Shown piece by piece: positions 1 to 13,385 of a stretch of 64,000 nt of DNA (position 1 is its first letter; the number at the start of each line of letters is the position of its first letter). The DNA comes from Hypanus sabinus (lineage: Eukaryota). The notes beneath the pieces are model-generated. The model was not told where the DNA came from and did not search any database. It saw only the letters and a program-made list of their open reading frames with translations. The DNA lies in NCBI RefSeq assembly GCF_030144855.1, contig NC_082731.1:18724001-18788000 (forward strand), in the 5' to 3' direction. Both the position numbers and the translations under genes were made by a program.

Positions 1-930
1 CAGTCCCACTCTCTCCCCACAGTCCTGTATCAATCCCACACTAATCCCACTGTCCCACTCTCTCCCCACAGTCCTGTATCAATCCCCACACTAATCCCAC
101 TGCCCCACTCTCTCCCCACAGTCCTGTATCAAAACCACAATAATCCCAGTCCCACTCTCTCCCCACAGTCCTGTATCAATCCCCACACTAATCCCACTGC
201 CCCACTCTCTCCCCACAGTCCTGTATCAAAACCACAATAATCCCACTGTCCCATTCTCTCCCCAGTCCTGTATCAATCCCCACACTAATCCCACTGACCC
301 ACTCTCTCCCCACAGTCCTGTATCAGACCCCACACTAATCCCACTGTCCCACTCTCTCCCCACAGTCCTGTATCAATCCCCACACTAATCCCACTGTCCG
401 ACTCTCACCCCACAGTCCTGTATCAATCCCACACTAATCCCACTGTCCCACTCTCTCCCCAGTGCTGTATCAATCCCACACTAATCCCACTGCCCCACTC
501 TCACCCCACAGTCCTGTATCAATCCCACACTAATCCCACTGTCCCACTCTCTCCCCACAGTCCTGTATCAATCCCCACACTAATCCCACTGTCCCACTCT
601 CTCCCCACAATCCTGTTACAGTCCCCACACTAATCCTACTGTCCCACTCTCTCCCCACAGTCCTGTATCAGTCCCCACACTAATCCCACTGTCCCACTCT
701 CTCCCCACAGACCTGTATCAATCCCCACACTAATCCCACTGTCCCACTCTCTCCCCACAGTCCTGTATCAATCCCCACACTAATCCCACTGTCCCACTCT
801 CTCCCCACAGTCCTGTATCAATCCCCACACTAATCCCACTGTCCCACTTTCTTCCCACAACCCTGTATCATCCCAATGACCCACTTTTCCCCCACTTCAC
901 TGTATCAATCCCATACTATTCCTACTATCT
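1..930. repeat. Minisatellite, ~50-bp unit (cactaatcccactgtcccactctctccccacagtcctgtatcaatcccca)
   Basis: Direct tandem repetition with 49-50 bp period, degenerating after ~850. Confidence 0.95.
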
Positions 931-2861
931 TATTCTCTCTTAAGGTGATAAAATCATGAGATGTAGGAGCAGTAGCAGGTCATTTGGCCCATCAAGACTG
1001 CTCAATGATTTCAACGTGGTTGACTCTTCCCTCTTAGCCCCAACCTCCTGCCTTCTGTCCTTATCCTTTCATTCCCTGAATGATCGAGAACCTGTCATTC
1101 TCGACCTATTGACCTGGCTTCTACAGCCACCTGTGGCGACAGATTCTGCAATTACTTCACTCTCATGCTGAAGAAATTTCTCCTCATCTCCATTCTCACT
1201 TAATTGTCCTTTTATTACCAGACTGTGTCCTCTGATCTTTGATTCCCCCACCATGGGAAACACCCACTCCACATCAAGGCCTTTCAACATTCAATGAGTT
1301 TCAATGAGACCATGCCTCATTCTTTTGAATTCCAGAGTGTACAGGCCTAGAGCCATCAAACACACCTCATATGATAAGCCTTTCAATCCTGTAAACATAT
1401 TTGTGAAACTCCTTTGAACCCTCTCCAATGTCAGCCCCGCTTTTCTTAGATAATTGGTCCAAGGCTGCTCACACTGCTCCAGGTGAGGTCTCACCGGCGC
1501 CTGTTAGCATTACATTCGAGGTTTTATATTCTAGTCAACTCAAAATTAACACTAACATTGTATTTGTCTTCCTCACCACTGACTCAACTTGCAAGTTAAC
1601 TTTTAGGGACTCCTGCACTTGGACTCCTTTTGGACCTCAGATTTTCTGCCCATTTAGAAAACAGTCTGCACTTTTGTCCCTTCATGCAAAGTGCATGACT
1701 GTACACTTCCCGATGCTGTATTCCACCTGCCACCTCTTTGCCCGTTCCTCTAACCTGTCCTTCTGTATCCTCTCTGTTCCTTCCCCAAGACGAACCACCT
1801 CTGTACTTAACTGCAAACCGTCTGCGAACTTGGCAACAAAGCCATCAATTGCATCACCCAACTCATTGAGATATAACGTAAAAAGAAGTGGCTCCGACAC
1901 AGACCCCTGTGGAACACAACGAGTTACGGCAGCCGACCAGAAAATGCTCCCTGTATTCCTGCTCTTTGCCTCCTGCCAATCAGCCACTGCTTTATCCATC
2001 CTAATATCTTTCCTATCATACAACGGGCTCGTAACTTGTTCAGCAGCTCACATGTGGCATTCTGAAAATCCAAGACCACAAAATCTCCTTTGTCCGTCCT
2101 GCTTGTTATTTCTTCAAAGAATTCCAACAGATCTGTCAGACCTGATATTCCCTGAAGGAAACTACGCTGACTTTGGGCTATTTCATCATGCGCCTCTAAT
2201 ACTCTGAAACCTCATCCTTAACAATCAGCTCCAACAACTTGCCAAGAGGTCAGAGTAAATGTCTTACAATTACATTTCCTCTGCTTCTCTCCCTTCTTGA
2301 AGAGTGGAGTGTCAACTGCAGTTTTCCAGTCCTCTGAAACCATTCTAGAATGCAGTAATTCTTGAAAGATCACTAAAAAATGCCTCTACAATCTCTCCAG
2401 CTACCTCTTTCAGAACCCTGGTGTGCAGTCTATCTGGTCCAGGTGACTTGACTACCTTCAGACCTTTCACTTTCTCAAGCACCTTCTCTGTAATAAAGGC
2501 AACTTCACACACTTCTGCCCTGACACTCTCTATCTTTCAGCATACTTCTAATGTCTTCCACAGTGAAGACTGTTTGTCTGCTTGTCCCCCATTATTACCT
2601 CTCCAGCATCATTTTCCAACAGTCTTACCTACTCTCACCTCTCTTTACACTTTATATGTCTGAATAAACTTTTGGAAACACTTCAATATTATTAGTTAGC
2701 TTACTTTTGTATTCCATCTTTTCCTTCTTAATTTTTTAGATGCCTCCTGTTGGTTTTTAAAAGCATCCCAATCCTCTAACTTCCCACTAAATGTTGACCT
2801 ATTATATGCCCTCTCTTTAGCTTTTACATTGGCTTTGACTTCTCCTGTCAGCCTTGGTTTT

Positions 2862-3471
2862 ATGATCTCCCAGTGGCCACACATTTTAATTCCATGTCCC
2901 ATTCCCATTCTGATATGTCTATCCATGGCCTCCTCTACTGTCAAGATGAATCCAAACTCAGGTTGGAGGAACAACACCTTATATACCGGCTGGGTAGCCT
3001 CCAACCTGATGGCATGAACATTGACTTCTCTAACTTCCGTTAATGCCCCTCCTCCATTTCTTACCCCATCCCTGACATATTTAGTTGTTTGTTTTTTTTC
3101 TATCTCTCTGCCCATCACTCTGCCTGTTCTCCATCTCCCTCTGGTGCTCCCCCTCCCCCCCTTTCTTTCTCCTGAGGCCTCCCATCCCATAATATTTGCC
3201 CTTCTCCAGCTCTGTTATCACTTTCGCCAACCACCTTTCCAGCTCTCAGCTTCATCCCACCCCCTCCGGTCTTCTCCTATCATTTCGCATTTCCCCCTCC
3301 CCCTGCTACTTTCAAATCTCTAACTATCTTTCCTTTCGGTTAGTCCTGATGAAGGGTCTCGGCCTGAAATGTCGACAGTGCTTCTCCCTGTAGATGCTGC
3401 CTGGCCTGCTGTGTTCCACCAGCATTTTGTGTGTGTGGTTTGAATTTCCAGCATCTGCAGATTTCCTCGTG
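2862..3471 (+). mobile_element. Penelope-like element 3' end (C-terminus of the GIY-YIG endonuclease region plus pseudo-LTR)
   Basis: + frame reads PVATHFNSMSHSHSDMSIHGLLYCQDESKLRLEEQHLIYRLGSLQPDGMNIDFSNFR*, a typical PLE C-terminus; followed by a pyrimidine-rich tract and a hammerhead motif. Confidence 0.8.
3342..3377 (+). ncRNA. Minimal type-I hammerhead ribozyme motif (PLE-associated), probably decayed
   Basis: GTC-CTGATGA-agggtctcggcct-GAAA-TGTC-GAC: core boxes CUGAUGA and GAAA, short stem II, GUC cleavage triplet, stem I gtc/gac. Confidence 0.65.
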
Positions 3472-4149
3472 TTGGTTGTATAATCTTGCCTTCAGAATAT
3501 TTCTTCAGCTTCACAATGTATCTATCCTGCTCATTCTGAATTTCTCTCAGAAGATCCCGCCATTGCTGCTGTGCCATCATCCCTGCTTGTGTTCCTTTCC
3601 AATTAATTTTAACCAAGTCCTCTCTCATGCCTCTGTAATTCCCTTCACTCCACTATAATACTGATTCACCTGGCTTTAGATACTCCCTCTCATATTGTAG
3701 GGTCAATTCTATCATATTATGATCACTCTTTCCGAAGAGTCCCTCTATCTTAAGCTCACAAATCAATCATGATTCATTGCACAACACCCAATCCAGAACA
3801 GCTGATTCCCTATTGGGCTCAAACATGATCGGCTTTAAAAAGTCATCTCACAAACATTATAGAAATAACCCCTCATGGGACCCAGCACCAATCTGATTTT
3901 CCCAATCTCCCTGCATATCGAAATTTCCCATGACTGTCATAACATTGGCCTTCTGACATATATTTTCTATCTCCCCTCGTAATTTGTAAACCAAAAATTT
4001 GCTACTGATTGGAGGCCTGTATATAACTCCCATCAGGGTAATTTTAGCCATGCAGTTCTTTAGCTCAACCCAGAACAATTCAAAACCATCCGATCCTATG
4101 CCACAACTTTCTAATGATTTTACTTCTCTCATTTTTACCAACTGAGACA

Positions 4150-7100
4150 GACCACCCTCAGTCCTCCCTCAGTGACCCCTCTCCCCCAGGGTCCTGTGTC
4201 ACTGACTGTATCCCGACTGACATTATCCCAGCTCCCTCACACAGGCCCTCAGTGACCCCTCTCCCCCAACACCCTGTGTCACTGACTGTATCCCCACTGA
4301 CGATAATCCAGCTCCCTCACACCGTCCCTCAGTGACCCCTCTCCCCCAGCACTGTGTCACTGACTGTATCCCCACTGACGATAATCCAGCTCCCTCACAC
4401 CGTCCCTCAGTGACCCCTCTCCCCCAGCGCCCTGTGTCACTGACTGTATCCCGACTGACATTATCCCAGCTCCCTCACACCGTCCCTCAGTGACCCCTCT
4501 CCCCCAGGGTCCTGTGTCACTGACTGTATCCCCACTGACGATAACCCAGCTCCCTCACACCGTCCCTCAGTGACCCCTCTCCCCCAACACCCTGTGTCAC
4601 TGACTGTATCCCCACTGACAATAACCCAGCTCCCTCACACCGTCCCTCAGTGACCCCTCTCCCCCAGTACCCTGTGTCACTGACTGTATCCCCACTGACA
4701 ATAACCCAGCCCCCTCTCACCGTCCCTCAGTGACCCCTCTCCCTCAGCGCCCTGTGTCACTGACTGTATCCCCACTGACAATAACCCAGCTCCCTCACAC
4801 CGTCCCTCAGTGTCCCCTCTCCCCCAGCATCCTGTGTCACTGACAGTATCCCCACTGACGATAACCCAGCTCCCTCACACCGTCCCTCAGTGACCCCTCT
4901 CCCCCAGCATCCTGTGTCACTGACAGTATCCCCACTGACGATAACCCAGCTCCCTCACACCGTCCCTCAGTGACCCCTCTCCCCCAGCATCCTGTGTCAC
5001 TGACAGTATCCCCACTGACAATAACCCAGCCCCCTCTCACCGTCCCTCAGTGACCCGTCTCCCCCAGCACCCTGTGTCACTGACCGTATCCCCACTGACG
5101 ATAACCCAGCTCCCTCACACCGTCCCTCAGTGACCCCTCTCCCTCAGCACCCTGTGTCACTGACCGTATCCCCACTGACAATAACCCAGCTCCCTCACAC
5201 CTTCCCTCAGTGACCCCTCTCCAACACCCTGTGTCACTGACTGTATCCCCACTGACAATAACCCAGCTCCCTCACACCGTCCCTCAGTGACCCCTCTCCC
5301 CCAGTACCCTGTGTCACTGACTGTATCCCCACTGACAATAACCCAGCCCCCTCTCACCGTCCCTCAGTGACCCCTCTCCCTCAGCGCCCTGTGTCACTGA
5401 CTGTATCCCCACTGACAATAACCCAGCTCCCTCACACCGTCCCTCAGTGTCCCCTCTCCCCCAGCATCCTGTGTCACTGACAGTATCCCCACTGACGATA
5501 ACCCAGCTCCCTCACACCGTCCCTCAGTGACCCCTCTCCCCCAGCATCCTGTGTCACTGACAGTATCCCCACTGACGATAACCCAGCTCCCTCACACCGT
5601 CCCTCAGTGACCCCTCTCCCCCAGCATCCTGTGTCACTGACAGTATCCCCACTGACAATAACCCAGCCCCCTCTCACCGTCCCTCAGTGACCCGTCTCCC
5701 CCAGCACCCTGTGTCACTGACCGTATCCCCACTAACGATAACCCAGCTCCCTCACACCGTCCCTCAGTGACCCCTCTCCCTCAGCACCCTGTCACTGACC
5801 GTATCCCCACTGACCATAACCCAGCTCCCTCACACCTTCCCTCAGTGACCCCTCTCCAACACCCTGTGTCACTGACCGTATCCCCACTGACAATAACCCA
5901 GCTCCCTCACACCGTCCCTCAGTGACCCCTCTCCCTCAGTGCCCTGTGTCACTGACCGTATCCCCACTGACGATAATCCAGCTCCCTCACACCTTCCCTC
6001 AGTGACCCCTCTCCCTCAGCACCCTGTGTCACTGACTGTATCCCCACTGACAATAACCCAGCTCCCTCACACCGTCCCTCATTGACCCCTCTCCCACAGC
6101 ACCCTGTGTCACTGACTGTATCCTCACTGACGATAACCCAGCTCCCTCACACCGTCCCTCAGTGACCCCTCTCCCCCAGCGCCTTGTGTCACTGACTGTA
6201 TCCCCACTGACAATAACCCAGCTCCCTCACACCGTCCCTCAGTGACCCCTCTCCCCCAGCGCCGTGTCACTGACTGTATCCCCACTGACAATAACCCAGC
6301 TCCCTCACACCGTCCCTCAGTGACCCCTCTCCCCCAGCACCGTGTCACTGACTGTATTGCCACTGACAATAAACCAACTCTCTCACACCGTCCCTCAGTG
6401 ACCCCTCTCCCTCAGCACCCTGTGTCACTGACTGTATCCCCACTGACAATAGCCCAGCTCCCTCACACCGTCCCTCAGTGACCCCTCTCCCTCAGCACCC
6501 TGTGTCACTGACTGTATCCCCACTGACAATAGCCCAGCTCCCTCACACCGTCCCTCAGTGACGCCTCTCCCCCAGCACCCTGTGTCACTGAGTGTAACCC
6601 CACTGACAATAACCCAGCTCCCTCACACCGTCCCTCAGTGACCCCTCTCCCCCAGCGCCCTGTGTCACTGACTGTATCCCCACTGACAATAACCCCGCTC
6701 CCTCACACCGTCCTTCAGTGACGCCTCTCCCCCAGCACCGTGTCACTGAGTGTATCCCCACTGTCAATAACCCAGCTCCCTCACACCGTCCCTCAGTGAC
6801 CCCTCTCCCCCAGCGCCCTGTGTCACTGACTGTATCCCCACTGACAATAACCCAGCTCCCTCACACCGTCCCTCAGTGACCCCTCTCCCCCAGCACCCTG
6901 TGTCACTGACTGTATCCCCCACTGACAATAACCCAGCTCCCTCACACCGTCCCTCAGTGACCCCTCTCCCCCAGTACCCTGTGTCACTGACTGTATCCGC
7001 ACTGACGATAACCCAGCTCCCTCACACCGTCCCTCAGTGACCCCTCTCCCCCAGCACCCTGTGTCACTGACTGTATCCCCACTGACGATAACCCAGCTCC

Positions 7101-7160
7101 CTCACACCGTCCCTCAGTGACCCCTCTTCCCCAGTGTCACTGACTGTAACCCAGCTCCCT
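4150..7160. repeat. Minisatellite, 80-bp unit (cactgactgtatccccactgacaataacccagctccctcacaccgtccctcagtgacccctctcccccagcaccctgtgt)
   Basis: About 37 tandem copies; ~640-bp higher-order duplication (4517/5157, 4837/5474). Confidence 0.95.
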
Positions 7161-7299
7161 CTCAACCCTCAATCAATAGCTATATTGGGTAAAATTGTCA
7201 TAAATCAGGCCCCTTCAAGATCAACGTCTGCCTCTGTCCTGAGCCAGAGGGGACGTGTGGGGGTTTTAGTGAATATTCTCTTCAGTGTTTACTGAGTAG

Positions 7300-8335
7300 A
7301 AAATCCTGTTTGTTCAGGAGCTAAGGGAAAGTACCGGAGGTGATTTGGAGGACATTTGTGTTTGCAGGGAGGAGGTATTTGCAGCCTTGGCGCACGGTCA
7401 AGTGGATAATTCCCAAGGGCCTGACCAAGTGTATGCTTGGGTTTTTGTTGGAGATGGGAAAGGGAATGACAGAGTCCTTTATGGAGATATTTGCTTCAGT
7501 GTTATGCAATGATGAAGCTGTTAAACACAGTCAGGTGGATAATGTTGTTCTGTTGCTTAAAAAAGACGTAGCAAGGTCAGATCAGGGGTCCCGAGGCCGG
7601 TCTGCCTGCCTGATGTCTGTAGCAGGGAAGCCACTGGAGGGAATTCTGACCTAACAGTGTTTTGTTCAGTGGCTGCCAGCCTTTCTTATGTCACGGACGA
7701 ACTGCATTAAACACGGGCTCCGTGGACCCTGTGTTGGGGACCCCTGATTTCGATAAACAGAGTCCGATTAGGAGGAATCAGCAGGCTTTTGTGCATGGGA
7801 AGTTTGACGAACCCTTCAGAGTTTGGCTTGAAGAGGCAACAACTCGGGCAGTGGGCGTAGTCTATTCGCAGTTTAGCAAGGTCTTCAACGGGTTTTGCAC
7901 GAAGCCTGATCATGGAGAGGGTCCCCGACTGAAATGTTTCCCCTCCACCCTGAAATAAATGCTGCCTGACTCGCTGAGTTTCTCCAGCATTTTGTTTGGG
8001 CGTTGCTCAAAATTTCCAGCATCTGCAGAATCACTTGTGACTCTGGGTGGATTCAATAATAGCTTAGAGGGAGGACAAGAAAGTGTTTGGAGGTTGCTTC
8101 TAGCAGTGGAGGCCAGTGGCTAGTGGTGAGCCACAGGGATTGGTGTAAGGACCCTCGTTCGTTATATCAACGGATTGGATGCCAATTCACAAGGCTCGGT
8201 CAGTAATTTTGTAGGTGAGACAAAATTAGGTGCTGCTGGTGGCGAAGAAGGCTATCATAGATTACAACAGGATCTTCATCAGTTTAGGAAGTGGGCCAAA
8301 GAGTGGCAGATCGATTTCGACACAGATTAGTGCAT
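7300..8335 (+). mobile_element. Highly degraded CR1 RT fragments with a PLE-derived insert at ~7900-8045
   Basis: Remnants NVVLLLKK..LMSVAGKPLEGIL and VVYSQFSKVF; insert shares ctgcctgactcgctgagtttctccagcattttg..ccagcatctgcaga with 3400-3470. Confidence 0.6.
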
Positions 8336-9269
8336 TAGCTGGCTGGTGGCGCAGCGGCTTCTGGGGTTATATCCTGCTGGCTCCCTGCGTGCTGTCGGGG
8401 GGATGGAGCATCAAGCCAGCAAGTTGGCCTCAAAAATGCTAAAGAAATGGCAAAGGAGTTCCCCCCCCCCACCCCCAATGCATCACCAGGTGCAGAGTGG
8501 AATTATTATTGTAATTTATTTGGTTTTCACCGCTCGAGTTGGTAAAACTTCAGGTATGGGCAAAACCAAATTTGTCAATTGCTAGGAACTTCCAAACTAT
8601 CCCAGTGGTGTTTCGTGTTGTGGTTTTCTGAAGATCTACACAGATGCTACGGTGTGTTTAATGCATTTGTGTAGTTGTAGATATCACCATTTTCATCATT
8701 ATTATGTGAAAGTGAGGGGAAACATATTCGAACGGTAAACCAGTGTAGGATTTTTTCTGTGAATGGTAGGGCAGTAGGGAGTGTAAGAGAATGAGGAGAC
8801 CTTGAGGACAGTTCACTGAGGACCTCCTCCCCAGATCATGAGACGACTGAACTCCCTGCCACCACCCAGGTCTCATCACAAACACAGCCCCCGCAGTGTT
8901 ATCGGTTTACTTTTCACTTGTGTCGAGAATGCACCTTGTTATTGGTTAATTTGTTTCTGGTAATGTTACCTTTGGTGTTGTGTGTGAGTGATATACTCTG
9001 CATTGTGCACTCTGGCCCAGAGGAACGCCGTTCCGTTTGGCGGTACCTAGATCCACGTTTGAAAAAACTGGACTTGTCACAGGTAACCAGGGTGGTGAAG
9101 GCGTTTCCCACGCCATCCTTCACCGCAATCAGGTTTCAAACCACCGGCAGGTGTCGTGAAATCTGTTCACTTTGCGGCAGCAGTACAGCGGGAGTGCAGA
9201 AACAAATCGGTGATTTACAGTAAATAGTTAAATTAAATAAGCAGTGCAGAAACAAATTAAAAATCGGTC

Positions 9270-10265
9270 AGGGCACTGAATGTAGGAGCCGGGACGGGTG
9301 TAGCTGTTGGTCAGGCTGCACTTGGAGGACTTTTGTCCAGTTTGGGTCACCGTGTCTGGGAGAGATGCGCTTAAACTCGAAAGAGAACAGAAAACATTGA
9401 GGAGATTGTTGCCAGGACGAGAGGGTCCGACGGATCGGACTTTATTCCCCGGAACGCAGAGTGAGGGGCGACCTCACAGAAAAGTTTGAAATTCGAAGGG
9501 GCACAGATAAGGTGGGCCGTAACAGACGGGGAGTCCAAAACTCGGGGGCAGAGACTGAAGGTGGAGAGAGTCCAGAGGGAATGAAGGAGTTAACATACGA
9601 GGAGGGTATTAACATATGAAGAGAGTTTAGCAGCTTTGGGCCTGTACTCGCTGGAATTTAGAAGAATGCGGAGGTGGGGTGGGGGTGGGGGGAGATATGA
9701 TTGAAACCTACTGGATGTTGAAAGGACTAGATTGGGTGGATATGGAGAGGGTGTTTCCTATGGTAGGGGTATCCAGAGCTACAGGGCACAAACTCAAAAT
9801 CGAGGGTCTATCTTTTAGGTAAGGGGGACTTGTTTTAGCCCGAGAGGAGTGAACCTGTCACAGACTGCGGTGGAGGCCATGTCCAGGCGGGTATTTAAAG
9901 TGGAATTTGATCGTTTCCTGAACGGTCAGGGCATCAATGGATATGGCAAGAAGGCAGGTGTATGGGTTGAGTGCAATCCGGGATCAGCCATGAAGAAACG
10001 GTGGACAGAATAGATGGGCTGAATGGCCTAGTTCTGCTCCTGTGTCTTACGGTCTCTGTGGACAGGAGAATGATTTAAAAAGGACCCGATGGAACTTGGA
10101 GAAGCAGAGGATGATCAGTCTGCCAGAAGAAGTGGCTGAGGCAGGAACAAACATGTAATTAAACAACACTTGGACAGATTCGTAGAGGCAGGGCTTTGAG
10201 GATACGGGCTGAAATTGGGACGACATGGGATTGGTGGGCTTAAGGGCCTTTATCTGTTATATTGC
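9270..10265 (+). mobile_element. Nested CR1 3'-end fragments
   Basis: VRLHLEDFCPVW..LEREQKTLRRLLPG; CR1 3'UTR-like gatgggctgaatggcctagttctgctcct. Confidence 0.65.
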
Positions 10266-10279
10266 TCAATGAAACCATC

Positions 10280-11800
10280 TCCCTCACGCCACCTCTCAGC
10301 AATCCCCTTCCTCCAGTGCCCTGTCACAGCAGTTTCCCCACTGACATTACCCCCATTCCCTCTCACCGTCCGTCAGAGAATCCAATCTCCCCTAGCGGCC
10401 TGTCACAGACTATATCCCCACTGACAATAACCCAGCTCCCTCACACCATCCCTCAGTGACCCCTCTCCCCCAGCACCCTGTGTCACTGACTGTATCCCCC
10501 CCGATGATAAACCAGCTCCCTCACACCATCCCTCAGTGACCCCTCTCCCCCAGCACCCTGTGTCAGTGACTGTATCCCCACTGACGATAACCCAGCTCCC
10601 TCACACCGTCCCTCAGTGACCCCTGTCCCCCAGCGCCCTCTGTCACTGACTGTATCCCGACTGACAATAACCCAGCTCCTTCACACCGTCCCTCAGTGAC
10701 CCCTCTCCCCAGCACCCTGTCACTGACTGTATCCCCACTGACGATAACCCAGCTCCTTCACACCGTCCCTCAGTGACCCCTCTCCCCAGCACCCTGTCAC
10801 TGACTGTATCCCCACTGACAATAACCCAGCTCCCTCACACCGTCCCTCAGTGACCCCTCTCCCCCAGCGCCCTGTGTCACTGACTGTATCCCCACTGACT
10901 GTAACCGAGCTCTCTCACACCGTCCCTCAGTGACCCCTCTCCCCCAGCACCCTGTGTCACTGACTGTATCCCCACTGACGATAACCCAGCTCCCTCACAC
11001 CGTCCCTCAGTGACCCCTCTCCCCCAGCACCCTGTGTCACTGACTGTATCCCCACTGACAATAACCCAGCTCCCTCACACCATCCCTCAGTGACTCCTCT
11101 CCCCCAGCAACTGTGTCACTGACTGTATCCCCACTGACGATAACCCAGCTCCCTCACACCATCCCTCAGTGACCCCTCTCCCCTAGCAGCTTGTGTCACT
11201 GACTGTATCCCCATTGACAATAACCCAGCTCCCTCACACCGTCCCTCAGTGACCCCTCTCCCCCAGCAACCTGTGTCACTGACTGTATCCCCACTGACTA
11301 TAACCCAGCTCCATCACACCGTCCCTCAGTGACCCCTGTCCCCCAGCGCCCTGTGTCACTGACTGTATCCCCACTGACAGTAACCCAGCTCCCTCACACC
11401 GTCCCTCAGTGACCCCTCTCCCCCAGCAACCTGTGTCACTGACTGTATCCCCACTGACGATAACCCAGCTCCCTCACACCGTCCCTCAGTGACCCCTCTC
11501 CCCCAGCAACCTGTGTCACTGACTGTATCCCCACTGTCAATAACCCAGCTCCCTCACTCCGTCCCTCAATGACCCCTCTCCCCCAGCACCCTGTGTCACT
11601 GACTGTATCCCCACTGACAATAACCCAGCTCCCTCACACCGTCCCTCAATGACCCCTCTCCCCCAGCACCCCGTGTCACTGACTGTATCCCCACTGACAA
11701 TAACCCCGCTCCCTCACACTGTCCCTCAGTGACCCCTCTCCCCCAGCACCCTGTGTCACTGACTGTATCCCCACGGAAGACAATCCCGCTCCCTCACACT
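10280..11800. repeat. Second array of the 80-bp minisatellite
   Basis: Same unit and orientation as 4150-7160. Confidence 0.95.
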
Positions 11801-11900
11801 GAGGCGCCGTCACTCCTTCCTCCACCTCCACCTCCCGAAACCCCAGAGCAGGTGAACCACGTGCTCCAGACCTTCTCACAAGGTTAAACCGCAGCCTTAC

Positions 11901-12150
11901 CCGCGTTCCAGCAACTTCCATTGCGGGTGGGCCTTGTTTTCTCGCCCGTTCCGTCAGCACAGCTGTGGAAGGCGATAAATATAGCAGCATTGCTAATCCG
12001 GAGGCTGCCTCCGCGGGAACCACGTCCCTCAGTCACCGGACGTCTGACGTGTCCTGGGATCTGACGCACTGAGAGCGGCTGCGAGACTCCCTTCCTTTCT
12101 CTGAGCGGAGCCTCACACCGTCCGCACTGTCAGCCGGGTCAAAGTGCCCG
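11901..12150 (-). other. CpG-rich unique segment; candidate first exon of a neighbouring minus-strand gene (gcaATGg, MEVAGTR, donor CGG|GTAAGG)
   Basis: Strong donor at 11899-11900, Kozak-like ATG at 11921, local CpG enrichment; no downstream exons found. Confidence 0.3.
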
Positions 12151-12224
12151 GGGATGTCGTGTCGGCAATGCAGGGTGGATTACACACAGCAGCTCAATGC
12201 ATCTGCCGTCGGTTACAGGCACAC

Positions 12225-13385
12225 CTGGGGGCAGGGTCAGACACAGAGGATGTCCCCCCACCGTCCCATCGCACACTCCCAGGGACAGGGTCACACACAG
12301 GGTGAGGCTCCCTCACCACCGTCCCGTCACACACTCCCAGGGACAGGGTCAGACACTGGGTGAGGCTCCCTCCACACCGTCCCGTCACACACTCCCAGGG
12401 ACAGGATCAGACACAGAGGATGTCCCCCCACCGTCCCAACACACACTCCCAGGGACAGGGTCAGACACTGGGTGAGGCTCCCTCCACACCGTCCCATCAC
12501 ACACTCCCAGGGACAGGGTCAGACACAGGGTGAGGCTCCCTCCACACCGTCCCGTCACACACTCCCTCCACACCGTCCTGTCACACACTCCCAGGGCGGT
12601 CGGTCCTTCCACCCAGAGGTGAGGAGGGTCCCCACTGGAAGTCCCTTTACGCCGGGGTTCTTCCCATGCACCTGGGGGATCTCGGCTGGAGGGTACTGCA
12701 TAGGGCAGTGCCCTGCAATAAGTTTTTCAGTTTGTACATGGACTTCCCACCCGCATGCCACTTCTGCGGGCTGGAGGAGACCGTGTACCACATGTACATG
12801 GAGTGTGTGAGGCTGCAGCCTCTTTTTGCATATTTGCGTGGGCTGCTTCTCGCCTTCTGGCTGCATTTTAGTCCCACCCTGTTTATATATGGTCATCCAG
12901 TAAGGAAGGGGGCATGGAGGGATAAGGATGTCCTAGTCAACTTGCTCCTGGGGCTGGCGAAATCCGCCATCCGAGGGTCTTGGAAACGGGTGGCGGGAGG
13001 ATCTCCCCGGGCAGACTGCCTGGCAATGTTTAGGGGGTATGTTCGTGCCCGGGTAACTATTGAAAAGGAACACGCGCAGTCCACAGCGGCCTTGGAGGAG
13101 TTTCGAGACCGTTGGGCTCCGCGGGGTGTAAATGCCATCGTGGATAGGGATGGCAACATTCTGGTGTAATGTCTATTGTCTATTTGTAGTGCAGTAATTG
13201 TGTTTGCCACTGTTTTGTATATATTGTATAGCACCGAAATTTGTAATAAAGGATTTTGTAATAAAAAAAAGGGACAGAGTCAGACACAGGGTGAGGCTCC
13301 CTCACCACCGTCCCGTCACACACTCCCAGGGACAGGGTCAGACACAGGGTGAGGCTCCCTCCACACCGTCCCATCACACACTCTC
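12225..13385 (+). repeat. 58-bp minisatellite array interrupted by a Tx1/L1 insertion
   Basis: Unit cacactcccagggacagggtcagacacagggtgaggctccctccacaccgtcccgtca on both sides of 12597-13270. Confidence 0.9.
12597..13270 (+). mobile_element. 5'-truncated Tx1-like (L1 clade) LINE: zf-RVT C-terminus, 3'UTR and poly(A)
   Basis: Uninterrupted ORF end DLGWRVLHRAVPCNKF..CHFCGLEETVYHMYMEC (CCHC); AATAAA and A8 tail; short aggg duplication at the junctions. Confidence 0.85.

Larger units (their letters stand above)
957..4145 (-). mobile_element. Degraded CR1-type LINE (APE endonuclease and RT remnants), interrupted by a Penelope fragment
   Basis: Minus-strand fragments WVELKN..MGVIYRPP..VMGNF (3857-4141), VPQGSVSEPLLFTLYLN..VAKFAD (1682-2023), RPHLEQ..LERVQRSFT (1291-1494); many stops and frameshifts. 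Confidence 0.85.
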
